Assembly: GCA_965204735.1 (NCBI GenBank)
Contig: OZ242008.1
Coordinates: 3,392,001-3,456,000 of the forward strand
Source: Longimicrobiales bacterium
Lineage (GTDB): Bacteria; Gemmatimonadota; Gemmatimonadetes; Longimicrobiales; Gaopeijiaceae
Length of the DNA stretch: 64,000 bases
Reading direction: 5' to 3'
A model generated the notes under the pieces. The model saw only the letters and a program-made list of their open reading frames with translations, was not told the origin of the DNA and searched no databases. This document shows, piece by piece, positions 27,224 to 36,217 of the stretch. The first letter of the stretch is position 1. Each line of letters starts with the position of its first letter. The position numbers were made by a program, and so were the translations under genes.

Positions 27224-29122
27224 ATGCGTTCCCACCGTAGTAGGAAGCCTCTGGCGGGCGTCTTCTGCCTGTTGGCGGCGGCGTGCTCCGGCGACGAGGC
27301 GGGGCCCGCGCTCCGCGTACCGGCGGGCGTGACCGTGCACGGCGGCGACGGGCAGACGGGCATGTCCGGAAGGGCGGTGAGCGAACCGGTGCTCGTGCGG
27401 GTGACCAGCGCGGACGGAGCCGGAGTGGCCGGCGTCTCCGTGGCGTTCCAGGTGACGGGGGGCGGCGGCTCGGTGGAGTTCTCCCGGGCCGCCACGACAC
27501 CGGCCGGAGTGGCTTCGCCGGGGGAGTGGACGCTGGGCGAGCCGGGACCCCAGCAGCTGACGGCCTCTGTGGAAGCGGCGGGCTCCGTCGTACTGACGGC
27601 GGAAGCGACCGGGAGGCCGGCAGCCGTCGTCTTCGTCACGGGCAGCGGACAGACCGCTCAGGTGGGCACGGCGGTGGCCACGACCCCGGTGGCGCTGGTC
27701 ACCGACGACGCGGACACGCCGATCGCGAGCGTACAGGTCGAGTTCAGGGCAGAGGACGGGGGACAGGTGGCAGGCGCGTCCCGCCTCACCGACGCCCAGG
27801 GCCGGGCGATGCCCGACAGCTGGACGATGGGCACGGCGACGGGAACCTACCGTTTGCTGGCGGTCGTGCCGAACAGCGACATCGAGAACGCGCCGGCTGT
27901 GGTGGACGCCCATGCGACGCCGGGACCGCCTTCGCGCTTTGCGGCTCTGGAGGGCGACGGTCAGGAAGCGGAAGCGGGCGCCCCGGCTCTGATCGCTCCC
28001 CGCGCCCAAGTCGCCGACCAGTACGGAAACGGCCTGGCCGGCATCGGCGTGCTCTTCGAAGTCGTTGCCGGCGACGGCGAAGTGACGGGCGGCGAGACGG
28101 TCACGGATTCGGCCGGTTCGGCGGCCCCGGAAGAGTGGATCATGGGACCCGTCGCCGGCGACAACTCCCTGTCCGCCACGGTTCGCGACGGCGCCCTGGC
28201 CGGCGCCTCGGTAACGTTCGCCGCAGCCGCCGCGCCCGCCGACTTCGACATCGTGGTGCACCATGTGGACGGGTCCCTCGTGTCGGACGCTCACAGGAGA
28301 GCCTTCGACAGGGCCGTGTCGATATGGGAATCGGCAATCGGAGGCGACCTCAGCCCGACCCGCTTGTCCCAGGAGGAGCTGAACAAGTGCGGCGGGAAGC
28401 ACTTCGAGATCGGCGCCGAGGGCAGTCGCGCGGTGGACGACCTGCTGATCTACGCGAAGGTCTACGAGATCGACGGACCCGGAGGCATCCTCGGACTCGC
28501 AGGCCCGTGCTTCATCCGGGGCGAGACGGGTCTGCCCATCGCCGGCGTCATGGGCTTCGACTTGGCGGACGCCGACGCCCAGGGCGAGGCTGGAACGTTT
28601 CAGGGCACCGTCCTCCACGAGATGGCCCATGTCCTGGGCTTCGGCACCCTCTGGGAGTACCTGGACCTGCTGGCCAACCCGGCGTCCAGCAACAACGACG
28701 ACCCCCACTTCGAGGGGGAAGCGGCGACGGCCGCCTTCGACTCGCTGGGCGGCGCGAGCTACGACCTGGGCGGCAAGGTTCCCGTGGAGAACCTGGGCGG
28801 CGAAGGCACGCGGAACGGCCACTGGCGCGAGTCCGTCTTCCGGGCCGAACTCATGACCGGCTGGGTCAACGGCCCGACCGACGCCTTGAGCGCGGTCACC
28901 GTGGCGTCGCTGGCGGACCTGGGGTTCGAGGAAGTCGACTACGCCGTCGCCGACAGCTACTCGCTGCCCGCGGCCGCGCCGCTGGGTCGCCGATCCCCTC
29001 TCGCCGTCCACCTGGGCGACGACATTCTGCGCCTCCCGATCGGCGTAGTGGACCAGGAAGGCCGCGTCGTGCGCTATCTGGTTCCCCGCCCGGCGCACCG
29101 GAGCCCGGCGAGCCGCCGGTGA
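27224..29122 (+). CDS. Lipoprotein with Ig-like repeats and a leishmanolysin-like (M8) zinc protease domain
   Basis: LAAAC lipobox; three 'GDGQ/GSGQ...W(T/I)(L/M)G' units; DGPGGILGLAGP, HEMAHVLGFG, HWRE, ELMTG. Confidence 0.85.
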   Translation: MRSHRSRKPLAGVFCLLAAACSGDEAGPALRVPAGVTVHGGDGQTGMSGRAVSEPVLVRVTSADGAGVAGVSVAFQVTGGGGSVEFSRAATTPAGVASPGEWTLGEPGPQQLTASVEAAGSVVLTAEATGRPAAVVFVTGSGQTAQVGTAVATTPVALVTDDADTPIASVQVEFRAEDGGQVAGASRLTDAQGRAMPDSWTMGTATGTYRLLAVVPNSDIENAPAVVDAHATPGPPSRFAALEGDGQEAEAGAPALIAPRAQVADQYGNGLAGIGVLFEVVAGDGEVTGGETVTDSAGSAAPEEWIMGPVAGDNSLSATVRDGALAGASVTFAAAAAPADFDIVVHHVDGSLVSDAHRRAFDRAVSIWESAIGGDLSPTRLSQEELNKCGGKHFEIGAEGSRAVDDLLIYAKVYEIDGPGGILGLAGPCFIRGETGLPIAGVMGFDLADADAQGEAGTFQGTVLHEMAHVLGFGTLWEYLDLLANPASSNNDDPHFEGEAATAAFDSLGGASYDLGGKVPVENLGGEGTRNGHWRESVFRAELMTGWVNGPTDALSAVTVASLADLGFEEVDYAVADSYSLPAAAPLGRRSPLAVHLGDDILRLPIGVVDQEGRVVRYLVPRPAHRSPASRR

Positions 29123-29246
29123 CTCCGCGAGGCGGGCTGGACGAGCGCGCTGGACTTCTGGACCGTCTCCCGCGCCGACAGCCTGGGGTTCGTGGCGCCA
29201 AGCTCAGGCGGCAGCCGATCCCGAGAACGGCGACGAGACGGGCAAC

Positions 29247-29450
29247 GGCACTCCACTTGACCGGAGCCGCATGTCGGCGCCACCGTGTCCGCACAAGCCC
29301 CCCCCCCCCCCCCCCCCCCCCTCTCCGACCTGATCCCTTGGCCCCGCGTCGAGCCCGTGCCTGTGCCTCGGGGTCGCACCGCGTCCTCCCACGGAGGAAC
29401 ACTTGCCGTCACCGCCATCGGCCGTAGGCGACCCCGGTCTCGATCTGGAC
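29247..29450 (+). promoter_or_regulatory. Duplicated leader element, copy 2, containing a C24 tract
   Basis: Colinear with 25142-25325; TTGACC at 29257; GGAGGAACAC-TTG (29403) in frame with the Dam fragment. Confidence 0.65.
29298..29321 (+). repeat. C24 homopolymer
   Basis: Direct count. Confidence 0.9.
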
Positions 29451-30130
29451 CACGCCTGCGTCGCGACGAGTCCGCCGGCGCCTGCCGCGCCCCCGGCTTC
29501 ACCGGAGATTCCGGTGTCGAGCATTCCAGCCGTAAACGTGGCGTCGGTGCCCCAGCGGTCGCCCCTGCGCTACCCCGGCGGCAAGACGTGGTTGATTCCA
29601 CACATACGAAGCTGGCTCCAATCTCGATCTGCCCCTCCGGTGCTGTTCGAGCCTTTCTGCGGCGGCGCCACCGTGTCGTTGACGGCCGCCGCCGAGGGGC
29701 TGGCGGATCGGTGCGTTCTGGTCGAAGTCGATCGGGACGTCTCGAATCCATGGCACTGATCGAGAATGTCGCCATGTTCGTCGATCCGCCGTACACGGCG
29801 GGAGGGAAACGCGCGGGGAAACGCCTCTACTACGCGCACCACGAGATCGACCACCAGCGGTTGTTTGCCGTGCTGGCCGACAGTGATGTCGATTTCCTGA
29901 TGACGTACGACATGGCGCCGGAGATCATCGAACTCGTGAACCGACACGGCTTCGCAGCAGTTCGTGTTGCCATGAAGAATACTCATCATGCTCGATTGAG
30001 CGAGTTGGTTGTGACTCGACGCCCGGTCTTTGGTCCAGTTCGATCGGATACGGCACTGAGGTCTTCTGAGACGTTGAGCCGAGCGGAGTTCGAGGCTTCG
30101 CTGGGCGACAAGCTGCATTCGCTGAGTTAG
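29403..30130 (+). pseudogene. Dam-family adenine methylase with internal deletion and frameshift
   Basis: SPLRYPGGKTW and EPFCGG in one frame (stop 29759); FVDPPY and FLMTYD in another; central region missing near 29740. Confidence 0.85.
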
Positions 30131-30132
30131 CC

Positions 30133-33100
30133 TTGCGCGACCAGACCACCCTCGACCTGCGCCGTGACCAGCTCATCCGGGAGCCCTTCGAGCGCATCTT
30201 CCGAGAGGCCGCCACGCGGGAGGAGCAGGGCCGCTGGTTCGAGCACCTCTTCATGGCGGTTGCGCGGGAGCTGCCCGACTTCCAAGTGGCGGAGATCTGG
30301 ACATGGCGAGAGTGGCCGGACCGCCTTCGGCTGACCGGCATGGACGGCCGCGACACGGGGATCGACCTCGTGGCGAAGCTGACCGACGGCAGCCTCGTGG
30401 CGGTCCAGTGCAAGTGCTACGCCAGCGATCACTACGTCTCGAAGCCGGACGTGGACAGCTTCGTCAGCGCCTCGGACGGCGACGCCTTCGACCTCCGCTG
30501 GATAGTCTCCACCTGCCGCTGGAACCGCAACGCCGAGAAGGCGATCCTGAACAAGAGGCCGGAAGTCCGCCGCATCGACTTTCTCGACTGGCTGGACCGC
30601 ACGATCCTGGAGATCGGCAAGCCGGCCAAGGTGCGCCTGCCCAAGCCGCTCCAGCAGCGCGCCATCGAGGCCGTGGTGGACGGGATGGAGGAGCAGGGCA
30701 ACGACCGGGGCAAGCTCGTCATGGCCTGCGGCACCGGAAAGACGTTCACCTCGCTTCGAATCGCCGAGCGGCTGGTCCCCGACGACGGCAGCATCCTCTT
30801 CGCGGCGCCGACGATCTCCCTCGTCTCGCAGGCAAGGCGGGAGTGGCTGACCCACACTGTCCGCCCGATCTCGGCTCTGGTCGTGTGCTCCGACCGCACG
30901 GCGGGCGGCAAGGGCGAACGACACGAAGCGGGCCCGGACGATCTGGTGTGCCCGGTGCTGACCGACCCGTCCGAAGTTTCGGCGCATCTGGCGGCCAAGG
31001 GCGGCGTCAAGGCGGTGTTCTGCACCTACCAGTCCCTGGACGTGGTCGTGCGGGCGCAGCGCGAGCACAGGGCGCCTGGCTTCGACTTGGCAGTGGCCGA
31101 CGAGGCCCACCGGACCACCGGCATCGACGTGGCGGACCGCAAGGTCAACTTCCAGCACTTCCACCATCGCTTGAGGGCTGCTCGGCGCATCTACATGACC
31201 GCGACGGAGCGCATCTACAAGGAACGTTCCAAGAGCAGCGCCAGGAAGAAGGGCTTGGAGGTGGTGGACATGTCCGACTTGCGCGTCTACGGACCGTTGC
31301 TGCACAAGCTGAAGTTCAAGGATGCGGTGGAGGCGGGCGAGCTGTCGGACTACCGGGTGATCGTGCTGGGCGTTCACGAAAGCCACCTGACGCCGGGCAT
31401 CCTCGCATCGCTCGCTCGCGCCGGCCAAAAAGCGCGGATCCGCAACGACGACCTGTTGCGCCTCTACGGCACCGCGCTGGCGATGAACGGATACGTGCGC
31501 GGCGGTCGCATCGAAGTGCCGAACCGTTTGCCGCGCACCTTGGCCTTCGCCTCGAGGATCGACCGCTCGCAGTGGTTCGCGGAGACGCTGTCGACGAACC
31601 GCACCTTGAAGGGACAGATCACGCGCAGGCTGGCGGGCGCCGCGCGCGCGATGGACGTGCAGGCCGTGCACCTGGACGCGAGGCACAGCGCAATCGAACG
31701 CAGCGAGAAGCTCCGCTGGCTGAACGACGCCAACCGCGCCAACGAGTCGCGGATGATCTGCAACGTTCGTCTCTTCACGGAAGGCGTGGACGTGCCGGCG
31801 CTGGACGCGGTTTCGTTCCTCGATCCGCGTACAAGTCAGATCGACATCGTGCAGTCGGTCGGTCGCGTGATGCGCAAGGCCGAAGGGAAGCGGTTCGGCT
31901 ACATCGTCGTTCCCGTGGCGCTGGAAGAAGGGGAAGACGTGGCCGACAAGCTGGCCAGGCGCGACGACGACTACCGAGCGATCGGGCAAGTCCTGCGCGC
32001 GTTGCAGGCCCACGACGAGCGGCTGGCCGAAGCGACCGGCAGCTTCGTGACGGCCCATCAGACGCAGGAGAAGAACCGGCCGCCGCCGGAGCGCTGCGAC
32101 GACTTCAGCCGCAGCCGCGAGCGGAACCTGGAGCTTGACCTGACGCCCGTGGACGCCGCCAGCATCTTCACCCACATCGGGGCCGCAGCCGGCTTGGGCA
32201 AGCCCGGCCAGATGACCGCCGAGACGATTGCGGACGCCGTGAAGACCGCGGCCGCCCACTTCTTGGCGGAGGAAGCGATCCTCGACTCGGCCCGAGAGGT
32301 CCTGGAGCTGCCGGCGGCGCCCGACAAGGAGATCGCAACCGTCGCCGCCTTGCTGCTCTGCAACGCCTGTCTGCTGCACAAGCGCCTCAAGGCGGACTCC
32401 GAGCGGTGGGACGAGCTGCCGGGACTCGACGCCGTGGCCCGCGCCCGGAACCCGGCGGAGCGCCTCCAAGCAGCTTGGGAGTCGATCCTCGAGAAGGACT
32501 ACGAGCCCGTCTTCGGCCCCGCGCTGGCACTTCTTGTGGCCGACTCTCAAACAAGTGCCCCCCCCCCCCCGAACGTTTCCCAAACAGCCTTGCAAAGCGC
32601 CATCCGAGTGCTCGCGGAGCGCGCCGAGAGCCTTGCGGATTCGCTCAACGAGCTCGGCTACGACCACGCGGGGCCGCTGTACCACCGCATCCTGGGAAGC
32701 GCGGAGAGCGACGGGGCGTTCTACACGAACAACGTCTCCGCGCTCATGCTCGCCGGCTTGGCGCTTTCGCCCGACCTGGTCGACTGGTCGGACTACGAGG
32801 CGGCCACCGGCCTCCGCATCCTCGATCCCGCGTGCGGCACGGGCACCCTGCTCATGGCCGCGCTCAAGACGATCAAGGACCGCGGGCTTGCGCACGGCGC
32901 CTTTGACGACGACAACCTGGCCCAGGCGCACAAGGACCTCGTAGAGCACTCCCTCCACGGCGTGGACATCAACTACCACGCCACCCAGTTGGCCGCGTCG
33001 AACCTTACGCTCGGCGCGCCAAGCGTGAACTACGAGGCGATGTCGCTGCACACGCTTCAGCACGGCCCGCAGCCCGACGGTACCGTGCGCCTGGGCAGTC

Positions 33101-34575
33101 TGGAACTCTTGCGCGACGCGGCGGCGGGCAGAGCGCCCGACCTGTTCGGGGTCGCCAAGACCGCCCGGGTCGTAGATCGGGGGCGGCCCGAGAGGCACGG
33201 CGGCGCACTGGACCTTCGCGACCAGAACGCCGTGTTGATGAACCCGCCCTACACGGCCAACGACAAGCGCGGCCACAAGTACGACAGGGACGACGTGAAG
33301 CGGATGCAGCGCGAGGAGCAGAAGCTGCGCGCGGCGGTGGAGCGGGCCGATCCGGGAGCCGGCGAAGTGATCGACTTCAACAGCGTCAGTACCTTCTTCA
33401 CGCCGATGGCGGACGTCCTGCTGAAGAAGGACGCGGCCGTCCTGGGCAAGGTGCTGCCGACCACCGCCTGCACCAGCACGTCGGGGCTGGCCGAGCGCAA
33501 GTTTCTTGCCAGCCGCTTCCATGTAGACGTGATCGTGACGACGCACGACCCGAAGCGCCCCAACTTGTCGGAGAACACGAGCATTCACGAGTCGCTCCTG
33601 GTGTGCAGGCGCAAGACGAAGAGGAACGCCCACGCCCCGACGTTGTTCGTGTCACTCGCCCGCAAGGCCGACCTGCCCTCCGAGATCGAGGAGATCCGAG
33701 ACTGGCTGGCCGCCGTCCACGAGCGCCGTCCGCACAAGTGGCACGCGCTCTTCGAGTGGCCGGAGGAGCGCATCGCCCGGGGCGACTGGTCGCCCGCCCA
33801 GTGGTTCGACGGCGAGCTGGCTTTCGTCGCCGCCGAGATCGAGTCGCTGGCGTCGTTGCGGCCGCTGGGCGAGATGGCGCTGGTGGAGCCGGCGGGGCAG
33901 GCCATAAGAGGAGCGATGATCAACCCGCTGAAGCACGAGCCGAAGCCGGTGTACTCGGTCATGTGGCGTCACCGGACCGGGCGGCAGACCACGATGAGGA
34001 CCACGGTCGACTGCGTCACGGAACCGAAGCCGACCAAGGGAGACTATGCGCGCAATGCGTTGTGGCCGAAGGCGAGCCGGTTGCTTGTTGCCCTCAAGAT
34101 CAACCCCCAGGCGGTCCGCACCGCTTCCGCCATGCTGGATCAGCCGGTGCTGGGCAACGCCTGGGTGCCCGTGACGCCCCACGCGAACTACTTGCGCTTC
34201 GATACGCCCGAGCGCTCGTTGCGCGTGCAGAAAGCTTGGTGCGCGTTTCTCAACTCGACGCCCGGCGCGGTACTCTTCCTCAACCGCCGCTCGAAGAAGC
34301 TCACCTACCCGGCCTACTCCCTGGACCAGCTGCGGGCGCTGCCCTGCCCCGACCCGCGCATCACGGACGCGAACGCGCTCGCCGACACCTTCGACCGGCT
34401 ACAAGACCGGGAGCTTCAACCGTGGCCGGAGATGGACCAATGTCCGGTGCGGGCCGAGTTGGACGCGGTGGTCGGCCGGGTCGTGGGGCTCGGGCCGGAC
34501 CAGATCGCCGAGTGGCGGCGCAAGCTGGTACTGGAGCCGACGATCTCCAACCGGGCGCGCACGGTGGAGCCGTAG
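30133..34575 (+). CDS. Type ISP-like single-chain R-M enzyme (Mrr-like nuclease, SF2 helicase, N6-MTase, TRD)
   Basis: GIDLVA...VQCK, MACGTGKT, DEAH, QSVGRVMR, LDPACGTG, NPPY. Confidence 0.88.
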   Translation: MRDQTTLDLRRDQLIREPFERIFREAATREEQGRWFEHLFMAVARELPDFQVAEIWTWREWPDRLRLTGMDGRDTGIDLVAKLTDGSLVAVQCKCYASDHYVSKPDVDSFVSASDGDAFDLRWIVSTCRWNRNAEKAILNKRPEVRRIDFLDWLDRTILEIGKPAKVRLPKPLQQRAIEAVVDGMEEQGNDRGKLVMACGTGKTFTSLRIAERLVPDDGSILFAAPTISLVSQARREWLTHTVRPISALVVCSDRTAGGKGERHEAGPDDLVCPVLTDPSEVSAHLAAKGGVKAVFCTYQSLDVVVRAQREHRAPGFDLAVADEAHRTTGIDVADRKVNFQHFHHRLRAARRIYMTATERIYKERSKSSARKKGLEVVDMSDLRVYGPLLHKLKFKDAVEAGELSDYRVIVLGVHESHLTPGILASLARAGQKARIRNDDLLRLYGTALAMNGYVRGGRIEVPNRLPRTLAFASRIDRSQWFAETLSTNRTLKGQITRRLAGAARAMDVQAVHLDARHSAIERSEKLRWLNDANRANESRMICNVRLFTEGVDVPALDAVSFLDPRTSQIDIVQSVGRVMRKAEGKRFGYIVVPVALEEGEDVADKLARRDDDYRAIGQVLRALQAHDERLAEATGSFVTAHQTQEKNRPPPERCDDFSRSRERNLELDLTPVDAASIFTHIGAAAGLGKPGQMTAETIADAVKTAAAHFLAEEAILDSAREVLELPAAPDKEIATVAALLLCNACLLHKRLKADSERWDELPGLDAVARARNPAERLQAAWESILEKDYEPVFGPALALLVADSQTSAPPPPNVSQTALQSAIRVLAERAESLADSLNELGYDHAGPLYHRILGSAESDGAFYTNNVSALMLAGLALSPDLVDWSDYEAATGLRILDPACGTGTLLMAALKTIKDRGLAHGAFDDDNLAQAHKDLVEHSLHGVDINYHATQLAASNLTLGAPSVNYEAMSLHTLQHGPQPDGTVRLGSLELLRDAAAGRAPDLFGVAKTARVVDRGRPERHGGALDLRDQNAVLMNPPYTANDKRGHKYDRDDVKRMQREEQKLRAAVERADPGAGEVIDFNSVSTFFTPMADVLLKKDAAVLGKVLPTTACTSTSGLAERKFLASRFHVDVIVTTHDPKRPNLSENTSIHESLLVCRRKTKRNAHAPTLFVSLARKADLPSEIEEIRDWLAAVHERRPHKWHALFEWPEERIARGDWSPAQWFDGELAFVAAEIESLASLRPLGEMALVEPAGQAIRGAMINPLKHEPKPVYSVMWRHRTGRQTTMRTTVDCVTEPKPTKGDYARNALWPKASRLLVALKINPQAVRTASAMLDQPVLGNAWVPVTPHANYLRFDTPERSLRVQKAWCAFLNSTPGAVLFLNRRSKKLTYPAYSLDQLRALPCPDPRITDANALADTFDRLQDRELQPWPEMDQCPVRAELDAVVGRVVGLGPDQIAEWRRKLVLEPTISNRARTVEP
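32558..32570 (+). repeat. C13 homopolymer inside the R-M gene
   Basis: acaagtg-C13-gaacg; currently in frame (SAPPPPN). Confidence 0.9.
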
Positions 34576-34677
34576 TAGTCCGAAGTCCCGCCGCCCAGGA
34601 CATGCCAAGTCCGTGGCGGAATGCGACACGGGGGACGCCGTGCTGGCCGAGCCGGCCAACGGCGTTTCCGTCGCTCG

Positions 34678-35763
34678 CTAGTGGTATGTCGCCAAAACGG
34701 CCTGACATTTGGCGACTTTCTGGAAGATGTCGTCTGCGGAGGTCGTCCACTGGTAGGGGCGGGGATTGCGGTTGTGGACTTCGATGAGCTCCATGATCGC
34801 GTCCTTCAGCGCCTTCACGCTGGTGAACATGCCGCGCCTCAGGCGCTTCTGCGACAGCTGGGCGAACCACGCCTCCACCAAGTTCAGCCACGAACCGCTC
34901 GTGGGAACGAAGTGCAGGTGGAAGCGGGGGTGCTTGGCGAGCCACGCCTTCACGGCCGCCGTCTTGTGGGTGCCGTAGTTGTCCAGCACCAGGTGCAGCG
35001 CCACGCCCTTCGGATACTCGCCGTCCAGGCGGCGGAGGAACCTCAGGAACTCCTGCTGGCGGTGGCGCGGAGTGCACATGCCGACCACCCGACCGCGCGC
35101 CGGGTCCAGCGCCGCGAACAAGGTCGTCGTGCCGTGGCGCTTGTAGTCGTGGGTCATCGTGCCGCAGCGACCGCGCTTCAGCGGAAGGCCGGGCTGAGTG
35201 CGGTCCAGCGCCTGGATCTGGCTCTTCTCGTCCACGCACAGCACCACGCCGTCCTTCGGCGGGTTGCGGTACAGCCCCACCACGTCCTCGGTCTTCTCCA
35301 CGAACTTCGGGTCCTTCGACAGCTTGAACGTCTTCGTCCGGTGCGGCTTCAGCCCGTACGACTTCCACACCCGCTGCACCGTGCTCCGGCTCACGCCGTG
35401 GCGTTTCGCCATCATGCGCAAGCTCCAGTGCGTCGCCCCCTCCGGCTTGTTCTCCAGCGTGTCCTTGACGATCGCCCGGACCGTCTCGTCCGTGATGCTG
35501 CGCTTGCGACCCCGACCAGGCCTGATCTTCCACACCGTATCGGGACCCTCCGCCTCGAACCGTCTCCGCCACGTCAGAACCGTGGGCTTCGACACCCCCG
35601 CCTCCTTCGCGATGCGCTGGTTCGCCACGCCCTCCGCCGCCAGCAGGACGATCCGGACGCGCTTCGCCACGTCCTGCGGCGTGCTGCCCGCCCGAAGCCA
35701 GCGCTCCAGCATCGCCCGGTCCTCCTGCGACAACTCCAACGCCTTCGCAGGCTTCCTCGCCAT
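34678..35763 (-). CDS. IS630 transposase
   Basis: N-terminal HTH; CVDEKSQIQAL, YKRHGT, VLDNYGTHK, SWLNLVEAWF. Confidence 0.95.
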   Translation of the reverse strand: MARKPAKALELSQEDRAMLERWLRAGSTPQDVAKRVRIVLLAAEGVANQRIAKEAGVSKPTVLTWRRRFEAEGPDTVWKIRPGRGRKRSITDETVRAIVKDTLENKPEGATHWSLRMMAKRHGVSRSTVQRVWKSYGLKPHRTKTFKLSKDPKFVEKTEDVVGLYRNPPKDGVVLCVDEKSQIQALDRTQPGLPLKRGRCGTMTHDYKRHGTTTLFAALDPARGRVVGMCTPRHRQQEFLRFLRRLDGEYPKGVALHLVLDNYGTHKTAAVKAWLAKHPRFHLHFVPTSGSWLNLVEAWFAQLSQKRLRRGMFTSVKALKDAIMELIEVHNRNPRPYQWTTSADDIFQKVAKCQAVLATYH

Positions 35764-35865
35764 CACTTCCCTCCGTGCCATGAGATCCTTGCCGAAACCA
35801 ACTCGCGACCGCAGTATAGCCCCGCCTCGCTCAACAGCCAACTCCAATCGGCGACATACCACTAG
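34678..35865 (-). mobile_element. IS630-family insertion sequence
   Basis: Perfect 16-bp inverted ends CTAGTGGTATGTCGCC (34678) and GGCGACATACCACTAG (35850), including the duplicated CTAG/TA target. Confidence 0.95.
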
Positions 35866-36004
35866 CCGCTCAGTTCTCCTGCCAACCCGGGCAAGTCGGC
35901 CACCGGCAGCAGGTTCTCGAGCCACGGCGGCAGGACATGCGTCATGAAGGCCCCGCCAGGATGTCGGGGACTGGCCGGTCGATGATCATGACCGGAACGG
36001 TAAT

Positions 36005-36043
36005 TCCTTGAAAATCGCCAAATCACTGTGGCTTTTTCAAGGA
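36005..36043. promoter_or_regulatory. AT-rich inverted repeat (operator or terminator)
   Basis: tccttgaaaa...ttttcaagga with inner gcca/tggc. Confidence 0.5.
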
Positions 36044-36096
36044 TTGCGGGTGCCGCGCCGGTACCCGCTTCGTTCTACCCGTCAAGGGGCAGCGCG

Positions 36097-36177
36097 ACCT
36101 GCCAAAATGGCAGGACCTGCGCGAAAAACCTGCCAAAATGGCAGACCCTCCCGATAAACCTGCCAAAATGGCAGGTC
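36097..36177. repeat. Three identical 17-bp palindromic repeats ACCTGCCAAAATGGCAG
   Basis: At 36097, 36128 and 36158; unrelated 13-14 bp spacers. Confidence 0.92.
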
Positions 36178-36217
36178 GGGATGGTCCGAGACGACCGTCG
36201 CGCCCGCAGGCGCCGGG

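Noticed and set aside
36097..36177. CRISPR array
   Set aside because: 17-bp repeats with 13-14 bp spacers are too short, and there are no cas genes
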